Of a DNA stretch of 64,000 bases, positions 38,193-52,022 are shown in pieces. This DNA is from Mobula hypostoma (taxonomy: Eukaryota): positions 108,750,001 through 108,814,000 of the forward strand of contig NC_086097.1 of the NCBI RefSeq assembly GCF_963921235.1, read 5' to 3'. The number at the start of each line of letters is the position of its first letter. Position 1 is the first letter of the stretch. The notes below the pieces were generated by a model, which was not told where the DNA came from, did no database searches, and worked only from the letters and a program-made list of their open reading frames with translations. The translations under genes and the position numbers were made by a program.

Positions 38193-39771
38193 GCGCCTCT
38201 TCCTATAGATGCTGCTTGGCCTGCTGTGTTCACCAGCAACTTTGATGTATGTTGCCAAAATAGCATTCATATTTTACAAATGGGATAACCTAACACAGAA
38301 ATTGAAATGCAGAAGGATCCAAGAGTTTTGGTACACCAAATACAAAGTTAACATGCAGACACCGCAAGTAATTATGAAGGCAAATATTAGCTTAATTTCT
38401 ATTGCAGGATGATTGGAATACGAGAATAAGTAACTTCTGTTTCAATTGTATGGATCACGGTGAGACAATACTTGAAATATAGTGTTTGATTTCCATTTGC
38501 ATCCTACAGAGGGATCAGTGATCTGAGGGCCAAGTACAAAACTAAAAGTCAACCGGGCAAAACCACTCTGCAGGCAACCTTTAGAGCTATTAACTACTAA
38601 CCTGACAGTCACCAAGAATATTAGAATCTCAAAACATCGTATTGCCCAGAATTCAGCCCTACCCCAGCACACGGTATGAGCACATTCAACACTGCAAAGT
38701 ACCTGCATTTGCTATACTGTACATGTCCAGTCTTTATATTAAAAAAATCATTCCCATATACAACACTTGGTTCATTTCCCTCTGCCCTTCCATTCAAACC
38801 CATTGACGATCTGTCCCAGAGACCTTCTGAACTGCAACTGCAGTTTTTGGGATCTCCCTGCCCCTCTCAACAGCATCCTTACATAGACTGCAGGTGACTG
38901 GAAATGAAAGACAGTCTGTTTAACCTTTATTGCCAGAATGAAGGCCACTCCAACCTCAGTTGCTAACAATGTCGATTTTATGTGTCAGCCGAAACCTAGC
39001 TCCATTCTACTGTTGACTTGTTTACTGGAGTTTACAAGAAGATGTCAACATGGTGGGCCAAATGGCTTGTTTCTATGCTGGATGATTCTACAACTCTGTA
39101 TTCACTGCCTTGAAGGCAGTGTCATTCACCACAGTGAGAAAACAGCTTTCAGGCACTATGATCTTGGATGGACTGCCTAAAAGGGGAATGGAAGCAGATC
39201 TAATAATGACTTTCAAAATAAAGCTACATGGAGTAGCAATTACAGTTGCCCTTTAAATCTGTAGTGAATATCTGTGAACCAAAGTTCAACAGTTCTGAAA
39301 ATCTACCATTTCTGTTTTCTTTGAAGAGCAGATCCATTTGAAGCCCATGCTGCTTACCCCCAACCAATCAGATGCTAGCTTGGTGCACAGCAAGTTAATC
39401 CTCATCCCACCTTTGCTCATTTTACTAATCACTTTAAACTTCTATTCTACTCTTGAACATTTGCAATTTCGAAAACAGATTCTCTTCAGCACTTTATCCA
39501 TCATCACTTTGGAACTTATTTGTCACAATTCCTCTCAATTCTTTTCTGCATAAAGAACAAACCCAATTTCTTCACCCTATTCTCATAACGGAGTGCAAAA
39601 TGGAATTTAACTCAGACAAGATTGAAGAGATGCATTTTAAAGGTTTTTCACTATTCAATTTCATTTTTGCTGTCAATCTTTGATTCAGTATAGTCACAAT
39701 AAGTCCACTCTGAGCTCCCAAAGTCTGGCCCTCCTGTAATCAAATATTTCAACTATTTCCATTTTCCACAA

Positions 39772-42700
39772 CACTGGACAACAACTTTTTTTTTCCAAAA
39801 GCGTTGCTTACTCAGAATTTTTTTGTTTATGACAGACTGCTTGAAGCAGAACACAAATATTACTTCAGACTATTTGTATCATGTAGGAATTTGGAGAAAC
39901 AAATTAACTTTTATTGAATTATGTGTTTAATTTCATAACAGTGCTGACAATTTCCAGTAGTTCAACTAAGCTAAAAATGTTTTTTTGACCATTTTCATTT
40001 GTAATCAGTTTCTGAGGCTTCTGCCTTAAATATCCAACAATAATCAGCCAGCACTGATTCCAGTTGCCCTGATACTATTTCTCCATGACCACAATGTCCT
40101 GGTGAAACCTTTCACCGTGCTCATTACTGACAGTGAAGACGTCTCAACGGGGATGCAGAAAATGACGTGCTGCACTTCACGGTTTTGTATGCTTTGTCAA
40201 CCAGCTGCACGCAGTTTGGTGGTCTGTAGTTGCTAAGAAAATTTTCAACAACATCCTTGAATTCCTTCCATGCGATTTTCTCCAATCCCACTAGAAGTTC
40301 TTTGAATTGCCTGTCATTGATGATCTGTTTGATCTGCCTTCTTTAACCTTGGCATCAGTTATTCTGGGAAACACCTGTCTCAAATATCGAAATCTTTCAT
40401 GGAATTTTTTTGTGCCTGGTGACAGCAGATTTCATCCTTTCAGTCTTGAACCCAGTAATTCTGCTTTTGCCTTTGACAAACCCAAGTCTCTAACCAGGTC
40501 ACTTAACTCACATTGAGTTATCAGATGCAACTGACTCGACATAAAGGTTTCAAAATCTGAATCAATATCAGCATTGTTTTCCATTCCTGGCTTGTGCATC
40601 ATGGCATCTTTGTCTGCATTGACAATAAAATGGACTGGTCAAAGAACACTGAGGCTGTCTACAAGAAGGGTCAGAGCCGTCTCTATTTCCTGTGGAGACT
40701 GAGGTCCTTTAACACCTGTTGGACGATGCTGAGGATGTTCTACGAGTCTGTGGTGGCCAGTGCTATCATGTCTGAGGCTCCGGAGGGTTCCTGTACTGTG
40801 GAAGACGTCCTGCCTCGTCCCTGTGCCGAAGACGCCGCGCCCCAGCGGCCTCAATGACTACAGACCGGTGGCATTGACCTCCCACATCATGAAGACCCTG
40901 AAGAGACTTGTTCTGGAGCTGCTCCGTCCTATGGTCAGGCCACACTTAGATCCCCTCCAGTTCACCTACCAGCCCCGACGGAGTTGAGGATGCCATCGTC
41001 TACCTGCTGAACTGTGTCTACGCCCACCTGGACAAGCCAGCAAGCACTGTGAGGGTCATGTTTTTTGACTTCTCCAGTGCGTTCAACACCATCCGCCCTG
41101 CTCTGCTGGGGGAGAAGCTGACAGCGATACAGGTGGATGCTTCCCTGGTATCATGGATTCTTGATTACCTGACTGGCAGACCACAGTACATGTGCTTGCA
41201 ACACTGTGTGTCCGACAGAGTGATCAGCAGCACTGGGGCTCCACAGGGGACTGTCTTGTCTCCCTTTCTCTTCACCATTTACACCTCGAACTTCAACTAC
41301 TGCACAGAGTCTTGTCATCTTCAGAAGTTTTCTGATGACTCTGCCATAGTTGGATGCATCAGCAAGGGAGATGAGGTTGAGTACAGGGCTATGGTAGGAA
41401 ACTTTGTCACATGGTGTGAGCAGAATTATCTGCAGCTTAATGTGAAAAAGACTAAGGAGCTTGTGGTAGACCTGAGGAGAGCTAAGGTACCGGTGTTTCC
41501 ATCCAGTTTCCAACCAGTGTGGACATGGTGGAGGATTACAAATACCTGGGGCTACGAATTGACAATAAACTAGACTGGTCTAAGAACACGGAGGCTGTCT
41601 ACAAGAAGGGTCAGAGCTGTCTCTATTTCCTGAGGAGACTGAGGTCCTTTAACATCTGCTGGACGATGCTGAGGATGTTCTACGAGTCTGTGGTGGCCAG
41701 TGCTATCATGTTTGCTGTTGTGTGCTGGGGCAGCAGGCTGAGCGTAGCAGACACCAATAGAATCAACAAACTCATTCGTAAGGCCAGTGATGTTGTAGGG
41801 ATGGAACTGGACTCTCTGACGGTGGTGTCTGAAAAGAAGATGCTGTCCAAGTTGCATGCCATCTTGGTCAATGTCTCCCATCCACTACATAATGTACTGG
41901 GTGGGCACAGGAGTACATTCAGCCAGAGACTCATTCCTCCGAGATGCAGCACAGAGCGTCATAGGAAGTCATTCCTGCCTGTGGCCATCAAACTTTACAA
42001 CTCCTCCCTTGGAGGGTCAGACACCCTGAGCCGATAGGCTAGTCCTGGACTTATTTCATAATTTACTGGCATAATTTACATATTACTATTTAACTACTTA
42101 TGGTTCTATTACTATTTATTATTAATGGTGCAACTGTAACGAAAACCAATTTCCCCCGGGATCAATAAAGTATGACTATGACTATGACTATATTTGCTGT
42201 TGTGTGCTGGGGCAGCAGGCTGAGGGTAGTAGACACCAACAGAATCAACAAACTCATTCGTAAGGCCAGTGATGTTGTGGGGATGGAACTGGACTCTCTG
42301 ACAGTGGTGTCTGAAAAGAGGATGCTGTCCAAGTTGCATGCCATCTTGGACAATGTCTCCCATCCACTACATAATGTACTGGTTGGGCACAGGAGTACAT
42401 TCAGCCAGAGACTCATTCCACCGAGATGCAACACTGAGCTTCATAGGAAGTCATTCCTGCCTGTGGCCATCAAACTTTACAACTCCTCCTTTGGAGGGTC
42501 AGATACCCTGAGCCAATAGGCTGGTCCTGGACTTATTTCCTGGCATAATTTACATATTACTATTTAATTATTTATGGTTTTATATTGTTATATTTCTACT
42601 CCATTCTTGTTTGGGGTAACTGTAAGGAAAATCAATTTCCTTCGGGATCAATAAAGTATGACTATGACTATGCCTCCTCTGGACTCCAGGCCCTGTTTTT

Positions 42701-42959
42701 CTAAAACCTGTCCTGCCTTGCAGCATCCACCCTGCCTAACCATGCACAGGCATGCCTCGTCAAGATAGAAAACTTTTCAGCTTACACTGTGGGCAACATT
42801 TTAAATGACTTGAATAATGAACTGAAATAGCATATGTAGGCAATTTCAAAACAATGGTGCATGATTGAGAAATTTCATGGTGAATTTCATGATCAGCATC
42901 CCAAAATCCATAAGGTACACCCAAAAGTATTCAGGAAGCAAAATCTTTGTTGTTCAGTG
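39772..42959 (-). mobile_element. Chapaev3-like DNA transposon with both TIRs, internally deleted and interrupted by Rex1 LINEs
   Basis: TIRs cactggacaacaa / ttgttgttcagtg with flanks caa and taa (TWA-type 3 bp TSD, one mismatch). Minus-strand HLITQCELSDLVRDLGLSKAKAELLGSRL and NEHGERFHQDI...LADYCW. Confidence 0.8.
40616..42672 (+). mobile_element. Two nested Rex1-family LINE copies with (CTATGA)n tails
   Basis: Outer copy 40616-40770 plus 42191-42672. Inner copy 40771-42190 (DYRPVALTS, FFDFSSAFNTI, GAPQG, KFSDD). Tails at about 42171-42190 and 42657-42672. Confidence 0.88.
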
Positions 42960-43619
42960 TAATCTAATGACACTTCCTTAACCTGACCAATGTCATTTCC
43001 CAAAAATCCAGCAGGCCAAGTTTCTCACTGGGGCAAGCAAACTTTGATCAACAAAGTTTTGCAGAACATGTCTGAAATTTGTCCCCTTTTCTGCACTTTA
43101 CACCAAGTGTTATTCCCACACCTCTCATCATTCCTCACACCACAGAAAGTGATCCCCACTCTGATATCAACGCTAACCTCTTTGCCTCTTTATTATCCCC
43201 ATGATTTTCAACATCAAGCCTTGATTTACTTCTGAATCCCACCATCTGATGCCAATTTCTGTCCCTCATCTCTGGCCAAATCTATCAGGCTCTCTTCTAC
43301 TGATTCCCCGCCTAATCTTTGTCCAATCTTGGCTCCTCCCAACCCAAATCAATCTGCTGAAACCTCAACCACAATTCAAACATTAAGTGCTACTTTCCTT
43401 CTTCTGATCCACCCTGCCATAACCTTTCCGTCCCTCGGTAAATGTGGAGTTCTGATGCAGCCATCCTCTCAACTCACAGCAAAGACACCCCAGAGTAAAT
43501 GACATACTTTACTCCACATTCCTATCCCTCCCTTACATGTTTTAAGATTCAAGGGCACAGATGTTGGACATTTCCTTGTCAGACCAATCCACGTAATTGG
43601 GATTTTGTCTGTAATAAAT

Positions 43620-46600
43620 TTGTTTATCTAACTTTGATCGAGGCACGACTGCGCAAGCTCATGGACGTCAGCCAGTTAGAACAGCAAGAAGAGTTTAAAA
43701 GGAGGAAGCTTTATAGAGCGGACGACAGAGTATAGGTGGGCAGAATAGGAGGGCTTTGGTTCAACGGGGCTTAAGCGACAGTGGATCGAGGCAAGGTAGG
43801 TTGCCTGTGTAGAATACAGACAGGAAGTATGTGTGTGAGGCCAGAAGTATCTGTGCTCGGTGTCAGATGTGGGAAGTCCTGGAGCCTCCCAGCCTCCCGT
43901 ACAGCCACATCTGCACCAAGCACGTTGAGCTGCAGCTCCTTGGGGACCGCATTAGGAAATTGGAGATGCAGTTCGATGACTTTCGTGTGGTCAGGGAGAG
44001 TGAGGAGGTGATAGAGAGGTGCTATAGGCAGGTAGTCACACCGGGGTCTCGGGAGACAGATAAGTGGGTAACAGCCAGGAGGAGGAAAGGCAGGAGTCAT
44101 ATTTTAGAGAGTAACCCCTGTGGCTGTTTCCCTTAACAATAAGTACTCCTTCTTCAGTACTGTTGGGGGGGAACGGCCTACCTGGGGGAAGCAACGGTGG
44201 CTGCTCCTTTGACACAGAGCCCTTTTCTGCAGCAATGACACTATCTCTGATCAACAGTGCTACGCCCCCACCTCTTTTGCCTCCCTCTCTGTCCTTTCTG
44301 AAACATCTAAAGTCTGGCACTCGAAGTAACCATTCCTGCCCCTAAGCCATCCAAGTCTGTAATGGCCACAACAATATAGCTTCAAGTACTGATCCACGCT
44401 CTAAGCTCATCTGCTTTGTTCATAATACATGGAGGTATTATCTATGGAGTCTCCATGGGTGTAAGTTAGCAACAGGAAGGGGTCAATAACTCTACTGGGT
44501 GTTTTTTTATAGACCACCCAATAGCAACAGGGATATTGAGGAACAGATAGGGAGACAGATTCTGGGAAGGTGTAATAATAACAGGGTTATCGTGGTGGGA
44601 GATTTTAATTTCCCAAATATCAATTGGCATCTCCCTAGAGCAAGGGGTTTAGATGAGGTGGAGTTTGTTAGGTGTGATTAGGAAGGTTTCTGGACACAAT
44701 ATGTAGATAAGCCTAAAAGAGGAGAGGCTGTACTTGATCTGGTATTGGGAAATGAACCTGGTCAGGTGTCAGATCTCTCAGTGGGAGAGCATTTTGGAGA
44801 TAGTGATCACAATTCTATCTCCTTTACCATAGCACTGGAGAGGGATAGGAACAGACAAGTTAGGAAAGCATTTAATTGGAGTAAGGGGAAATATAAGGCT
44901 ATCAGGCAGGAACTTCGAAGCATAAATTGAAAACAGATGTTCTCAGGGAAATGTATGGAAGAAATGTGGAAAATGTTCAGGGGATATTTGCGTGGAGTTC
45001 TGCATAGGTATGTTCCAGAGAGACAGGGAAAGGATGGTAGGGTACTGGGACAATGGTGTACAAAGGCGTTTGTAAATCTAGTCAAGAAGAAAATAAAAAG
45101 CTTATGAATGGTTCAAAAAACTAGGTAATGATAGAGATCTAGAAGATTATAAGGCTAGCAGGAAGGAGCTTAAGAATGAAAGGGGCGATGAGAAGGCCTT
45201 GGCAGACAGGATTAAGGAAAACCCCAAGACATTCTACAAGTATGTGAAGAGCAAGAGGATAAGACGTGAGAGATTAGGACCAATCAAGTGTGACAGTGGA
45301 AAGGTGTGTATGGAACCGGAGGAGATAGCAGAGGTACTTGATGAATACTTTGCTTCAGTATTCACTACGGAAAAGGATCTTGGTAATTGCAGGGATGACT
45401 TACAGGGGACTGAAAAGATGAGCATGTAGGTATTAAGAAAGAGGATGTGCTGGAGCTTTTGGAAAGCATCAAGCTGGATAAGTCACCGGGACCAAACAAG
45501 ATGTACCCCAGGCTACTGTGGGAGGTGAGGGAGAAGATTGCTGAGCCTCTGGTGATGACCAATGGGAATGGGAGAGGCTCTGGAGTATTGGAGGATTGCA
45601 GATGTTGTTTCTTTATTCAAGAAAGGGAGTAGAGATAGCCCGGGAAATTATAGATCAGTGAGTCTTACTTCAGTGGTTGGCAAGTTGATGGAGAAGATCC
45701 TGACGGCAGGATTTATGACCATTTGGAGAGGTATAATATGATTAGGAATAGTCAGCATGGCTTTGTGAAAGGTAGGTTGTGCCTTACGGGCCTGATTGAA
45801 TTTTTCGAGCATGTGACTAAACACATTGATGAAGGCAGAGCAGTAGATGTAGTGTATATGGATTGGATTTCAGCAAGGCACTTGATAAGGTACCCCATGC
45901 CAGCCTTATTGAGAAAGTAAGGAGGCATGGGATCCAAGGGGACATTGCTATGTGGATCCAGAACTGGCTTTCCCGCAGAAGACAAAGAGTGGTTGTAGAT
46001 GGGTCATATTCTGCATGGAGGTCGATGACCAGTGGTGTGCCTCAGGGATCTGTTCCGGGACGCCTACTCTTTGTGATTCTTATAAGCGACCTGGATGAGG
46101 AAGTGGAGGGATGGGTTAGTAAATTTGCTGATGACACAAAGGTTGGGGGTGTTGTGGATAGTGTGGAGGGCTGTCAGAGGTTACAGTGCAACATTGACAG
46201 GATGCAAAACTGGGCTGTGAAGTGGCAGATGGAGCTCAACCCAGATAAGTGTGAAGTGGTTAATTTTGATAGGTCAAATATAATGGCAGAATATAGTATT
46301 AATGGCAAGACTCTTGGCAGTGTGAAGGATCAGAGGGATCTTGGGGACTGAGTTCATAGAACACTCAAAGCTGCTGCGCAGGTTGACTCTGTGGTTAAGA
46401 AGGCGTACGACGCATTGGCCTTCATCAATCGTGTGATTGAGCTTAAGAGCTGAGAGGTAATGTTGCAGCTATATAGGACCCTGGTCAGACCCCACTTGGA
46501 GTACTGTGCTCAGTTCTGGTCACCTCACTACAGGAAGGACGTGGAAACCATAGAAAGGGTGCAGAGGAGATTTACAAGGATGCTGCCTGGATTGGGGAGC

Positions 46601-47032
46601 ATGCCTTATGAGAATAGGTTGAATGAACTCGGCCTTTTCTCCTTGGAGCGACGGAGGATGAGAGGTGACCTGATAGAGGTGGATTAGATGATGAGAGGCA
46701 TTGATAGTGTGGATAGTCAGAGACCTTTTCCCAGGGCAGAAATGTCTATCACGAGAGGGCACAGTTTTAAGGTGCTTGGAAGTAGGTACAGAGGAGATGT
46801 CAGGGACAAGTTTTTTTTAAACGCAGAGAGTGGTGAGTGCGTGGAATGGGCTGCTGGCGATGGTGGTGGAGGTGGATATGATAGGGACTTTTAAGAGACT
46901 CCTGAATAGGTACATGGAGCTTAGAAAAAGAAGGCTATGGGTAACTCTAGGTAATTTCTAAGGTAAGGACATGCTCGGCACAGTTTTGCGGGCTGAAGGG
47001 CCTGTATTGCGCTGTAGGGTTTCTATGTTTCT
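43620..47032 (+). mobile_element. CR1 LINE with 5'/ORF1 part, internal inversion and deletion, and decayed ORF2
   Basis: ORF1-like CARCQMWEV...HICTKHVELQLL. Inverted endonuclease piece at about 44220-44428 (FRKDREGGKRGGGVALL on the minus strand). YRPPNS, GDFNFP, QHGF, KFADDTK and a ttctatgtttct tail. Confidence 0.9.
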
Positions 47033-48109
47033 AACAACATTTAATTAGTTCTTAGTACACTGTAACCCTGCTTTAAAGAAATGTATTAACAAGCACCAAA
47101 TATCCAAAATTTAAATACTTACTTCCTGAAAGTCACCCATCACCAAAATGTTCAGAGTTATCACAGCATTTCTTTTACATGTTAGCATTCTACTTGATTT
47201 CTACAGTTTTCAGGTTCTCTGTGTAACTTCTTATACAGTAAGCAAATGACAGTGAAATGGGATTGGTGAAAGGAAGCAGAACTGCAGACACAGAAGCTTA
47301 ATAATAAATTCTGGAACAAGGGGGCCTATACAATTGAAAATTACTTTTCCAATTGGACCATCTAAAGAAATTGTAAAATTCTTGAATTCAAAATTACTGG
47401 TTAACAATACTGACCACAAAACCATTGGAAAGCTGCAAAATGCTATTTGTTTCATGTACATCCTTCAGCAATGCAAATTTTCAACCTAACGTGATCAATT
47501 TGCAGCAAGCTCTGACAGCTGAGGGATCCCAACCTAATACCAGCTGATACTGGTGCCTACTTCTTCCCTGAGACTGTCTCAGGAAATTTGGTGTCATTGC
47601 AGAGCAGGGAGAGGCTATAACTCATGTTGAGTTGCTTGCTGGAATTACTTAGGTGGTCCTTCAGTTCAGTTGGCGTGGGTATGGATAAGTGCTGGTTTTC
47701 CCAGCAATGCCTGTATCCCGTGAGTAAATAAATAAAACTGATTAGAAAGTTGACAAATGGTCTTCTGTGCTGCATCATTCTCATTGATGAAAACTAAGAA
47801 TGTGCTGGACATCATTCATTTCTCAACAACACCATTACAATAGAACTTAAGGGTTATTTATCTCACTCGTAGGATGTTGCTATGCAAAAAAAATTGACTA
47901 GAGAAACAAATTGCTTTTCTTTCATTGCAACCATGTGAAATATTGCACTGTTTTAAGAAAGCTCTTTTGGTAACTCTGAGTTAAGACAGGTGGCATGTAG
48001 ATGCAATCTTTCTCCTATGCTCCCAGCAAGATACTGGTTGAAAGACCCTCTAATTAAAATTCTTGATTGTGAAAATGGGTTTAGTAATATCAGTTAAAAA
48101 AAAGAAAAA

Positions 48110-48990
48110 CCTGCAGATGCTGGAAATCCAACCACCACACACACAAAATGGTGGAGGAACTCAGTAGACAAGGCAGCATCTATGGAAAAAAAAATACAGT
48201 GAAAGTTTCAAGCCAAGACCCTTCCTCAGGACAGCAGAAAAAGGATCAGGAGTCAAAGTAAGAAGGTGGGGAGAGGGGAGGAAGAAACACAAGGTGATAG
48301 GGAAAACCGGAAGTGGGGAGGGGTGAAGTAAAGAGCTTAGAAGTTTATTGGTGAAAGAGGTACAGGGCTGGGGAAGGGAGACTCTAACAGAAGACAGAAG
48401 GCCATGGAAGAAAGAAAAGGGGGAGGAGCACCAGAGAGAGCAGGCAAGGAGACAAGGTGAGAGAGAGAAAAGGGGATGGGGAATGTTGAAGGAGGGGGGT
48501 GGGGTTGGCCATTACTGGAAGTTCGGGAAAAAAAATCAATATTCATGCCATCATGTTGGAGGCTACCCAGATGGAATCTAAGGTGTTGCTCCTCTAACCT
48601 GAGTATGGCCTCATTGCGACAATGGAGGAGGCCATGGATTGACATGTCAGAATGAGAACGGGAAGTGGAATCAAAATGGGTGGCAATAGGGAGATCCCGC
48701 TTTTGCTAGCAGACGGAGCATAGGTGCTCGGCAAAGCGGTCTCTCAATGTACGTTGGGTCTCACCGATATACAGGAGGTCACAGAGCACCAGATACAGTA
48801 GATGACCCCAACAGGCTCACAGGTGAAATGTCGCCTCAACTGAAATGACCGTTTGGGGCCCTGAATGTTACTGAGGAAGGAGGTGTAGGGGCAGGTGTAG
48901 CACTTCTTCCGCTTGCAAGGATAGGTGCTGAGAGGGAGATCAGTGGGGAGGGACGAATGGACAAAGGAGTCGTGTAGGGAGCGATCCCTA
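48110..48990 (-). mobile_element. Older PLE 3' fragment (GIY-YIG plus pseudo-LTR)
   Basis: Minus-strand RDRSLHDS...CKRKKCYTC...GVIYCI and RLEEQHL. Confidence 0.85.
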
Positions 48991-49839
48991 GTAATATCAG
49001 TTTTTGGATAGTAAAAGACCTGTTCCAGCACAACCACATGTTTATTTCTACCAGGAAATGTGGTGGCTGCCTGGCTTTCAAAGGGTTTAGGATGCGAGCA
49101 TATTAACCTCACCAGCAGCATCAAGAGATAGCTGGCAGACCATGTGGACAAACAATTTTGGACATTTTGTGGCATCACACAATCGAGATTTCACTTCTGC
49201 ATTGCAGAACGTGTCATTAACATCTATGATTAATGAAATGTTATTAGTCAGACCAGTTGCTCCCACTCATGAGTTTATTAAACCTATTTAATCTTATACT
49301 CTAATAAAGTGGTACAAGTTCCAGAGAACATAGGTTCACTTTACCCAGTCTTTCTTCATAGGACAGACAGCACACACATTCCAGGAATCAATCTTGTGCA
49401 CAGCTCATACGGCAAGTAATACTTTCTCAATGAGAACAAAACTACGCACAGTACTCTAGACATCATCTCAACAAAGCCCCTACACTAGTGCAGAAAAAGC
49501 ACTGTAATCTTTTACTTTGTAGTCTGAGCTTTCCGGGTACATGTAGGCTGACTTCTGTGATTCATGTGCAAGGACGCTCACATTAAAGAACGTTTTGTTT
49601 CTTCATTCTCCACTGGGTAACCTCATATTTCCCCAAAATATATTCTGTTACTTTTTTTATCTATCATTTAACCTGCTCGTATCCATTTATGGATGCAAGC
49701 GTGTTAGACCCACCAGCAGCATCAAACACTTACAGCTCACTTCCCTTTGTTTTATCATCAAACCTGGATGAGTTCCAGTCAGATTCTACATTCAATGACA
49801 TAAACAGTTGTCTTTCAAGTATTAAACTTTGGAATCATA

Positions 49840-51460
49840 GTACACTACAGCAGAGAAACATGCCCTTCAGCCCATCTAGTCTGTGCCAGGCTATTATTCT
49901 GCCTTATCCCATTGACCTGCACCTGGGTGATAGTCTTGCACACCCCTCCATCCATGTACTTAACTAAATTTCTGGTTAATGTTGGAATTGAACCCCATCC
50001 ACACATCCGTTGACAGCACATTCCACACTCTCACCACCCTGTGTGAAGAAGTTCCCCATCATTTTCCCCTGAATTATTTCATCTTTCACCCTTAACCTAC
50101 GACCTCTATTAGATGACCAGAATTGCACGCAACACTCCAAATTAAGCCTCACCAATGGCACATACAACTTCAACATAACATCCCATCTCCTGTACTCAAT
50201 ACTTGATCTATGAAGGCCAATGTGCCAAAAGGTCTTTTTATGACCGTCTACCTGTGATGCACTTTCAATGAATTATGACCTGTATTCCCACATCCCTTTG
50301 TTCTACTGCACTCCCAAGCACCCTACCATTTACTGTGCAAGTCCTACTGTGGTTTGTTCTTCAAAGTGCAACACACCACACTTTCCCGCATTAGATTCCA
50401 TCTGCCATTTATCAATCCATTTTTTCCATCTGGCCCAGATCCCACAGCAAGTCTTGATAGCCTTCCTCACTGTACACTATGCCCCCCAATCATGGTATCA
50501 TCTGCAAATCTGGGGACCCAGATAACCACATTATCATCTAGATCATTGACATAGATGACAAACAACAATGGATCCAGCACCGATCTCCCGTGAAGGCAGT
50601 GTCAAATCCACAGTGAAAAGTGTTAAATATAAGCAATTGTGCAGATGCTGGAAATCCAGATTAACAAACTGCTGGAGGAACTCAATAGGTCAGGCAGCAT
50701 CTATGGAGGAAAGAAACAGTCAATGCTTTGGGTTGCAACCTTTTCATCAAGACAATTTACTATTTCATCATTTATGCTAACCAACTTAGAAGTTCTTGAC
50801 CAACCTCCCATGCTGGATCTTGTCAAAAGCCTTGCTGCAGTCTATGTAGACAATATCCACTACCTTTCCTTCAGCAACTTTCCTGGTAATCTCCTTGAAA
50901 AACTCTACAAGATTGGTTAGACACACCTGCCATGCACAAAGCCATGTTACCTATCCATAATTAGGCCCCATCTATCCAAATACATAACTCCACAATGGAT
51001 GGTCCCAAGCCCAGTTGCAAAAAGGCTAGCAACCCCATCCCCAAAAATCCAGTATGACAGAAACGGCAACAAAAGTTCCAAAGACTCTTCCCTGGGAGAG
51101 GATGGATCTTCAAAGACAGGCTATACCTGGAGACAAATTGAAAGCCTGGACCAGGTCAGAGCACTCTGATGAGCTGCTGTCGGCATTAGGGGTGATGAAC
51201 TAACAACAAGAAAAATATCAACAATCCAAATACTTATGCATCCGGTCCTTTAAAATACCTTCCAATAACTCACCCACTAATGACAACAGGCTCACCACCC
51301 TGTAATTTCCTTGTTTATTTCTAAATCTTTTCTTAAACAGTGGAACAACATTAGCTATCCTTCATTACTCTGGCACCTCAGCCGTGGCTAAGAACCTTTT
51401 ATACACCTGTGCTAGAGCCCCTGCAATTTCTGCACAAGCCTCGCACAAGATTCAAGGGGA
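49840..51460 (-). mobile_element. Decayed CR1 LINE fragments with small nested repeats
   Basis: Minus-strand MLKLYVPLVRLNLECCVQFWS and FADD-like motifs. Boundaries are approximate. Confidence 0.65.
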
Positions 51461-52022
51461 CGCATCTCTTTCAGCTTCACAAGTTAGAATTTCATGCTGA
51501 ATATTATATTCATGGACCAATTTTCATTAACCAATCTTCTATCTATAATGGCATACAACTCCATAATCTATTAACCTTGATCTTGTGTTTGAATCCTTAA
51601 TATGGTACTTCACTGAATACTTTCTTAAAACCTGCTCTACCAGCCACACCATCAGTAAACTCTAAAATCCATCCACCCTGGTTTCCTTCTCATAAAACCG
51701 TGCTCCAATCCATTCGAACATGATTTTTTAAGTGCCATTACACTTTCTAAGCATCACTTTCTGCATTTTCACACTTGGAAGTCAGGCTAAACTGTTGCCT
51801 ATTTTCTTGACAAATATCTGCTGGTTTTTTTGCAGTCATTCCATTTGGAACCAAACAGTAGGCCATTCAAGTCTGGTTGATTTGCTGGCTTTTAGTCACG
51901 AGCTTAGCTTTGCTTATAGTTATTCCTTTCTCAATGGTAACACATTCCAGTTATATCAATAAAACTAGAAGAAGACACAAATGCCTCTCTGCACACTGAT
52001 GTCATGAGAGTTTGGCCTTTAC

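Larger units (their letters stand above)
36464..38252. mobile_element. Young inverted Penelope-like element (Neptune-like): inverted pseudo-LTR, 3' half of ORF, pseudo-LTR
   Basis: Minus arm about 36469-36932 mirrors 37830-38252. Flanked by a 15 bp TSD tgccaaaatagcatt at 36449-36463 and 38253-38267. Confidence 0.95.

Noticed and set aside
1752..38266. Recurrent ORFs such as MLVNAAGQAASLGRGTVDVSG... and MPILWV...
   Set aside because: They are chance frames through the repeated PLE pseudo-LTR on either strand, with variable starts and frameshifts between copies. Not a gene family.
47118..47330. Candidate RGS22 exon with a gtaagt donor
   Set aside because: The frames needed to join the neighbouring exons contain stops, and 36035-36188 fits instead.
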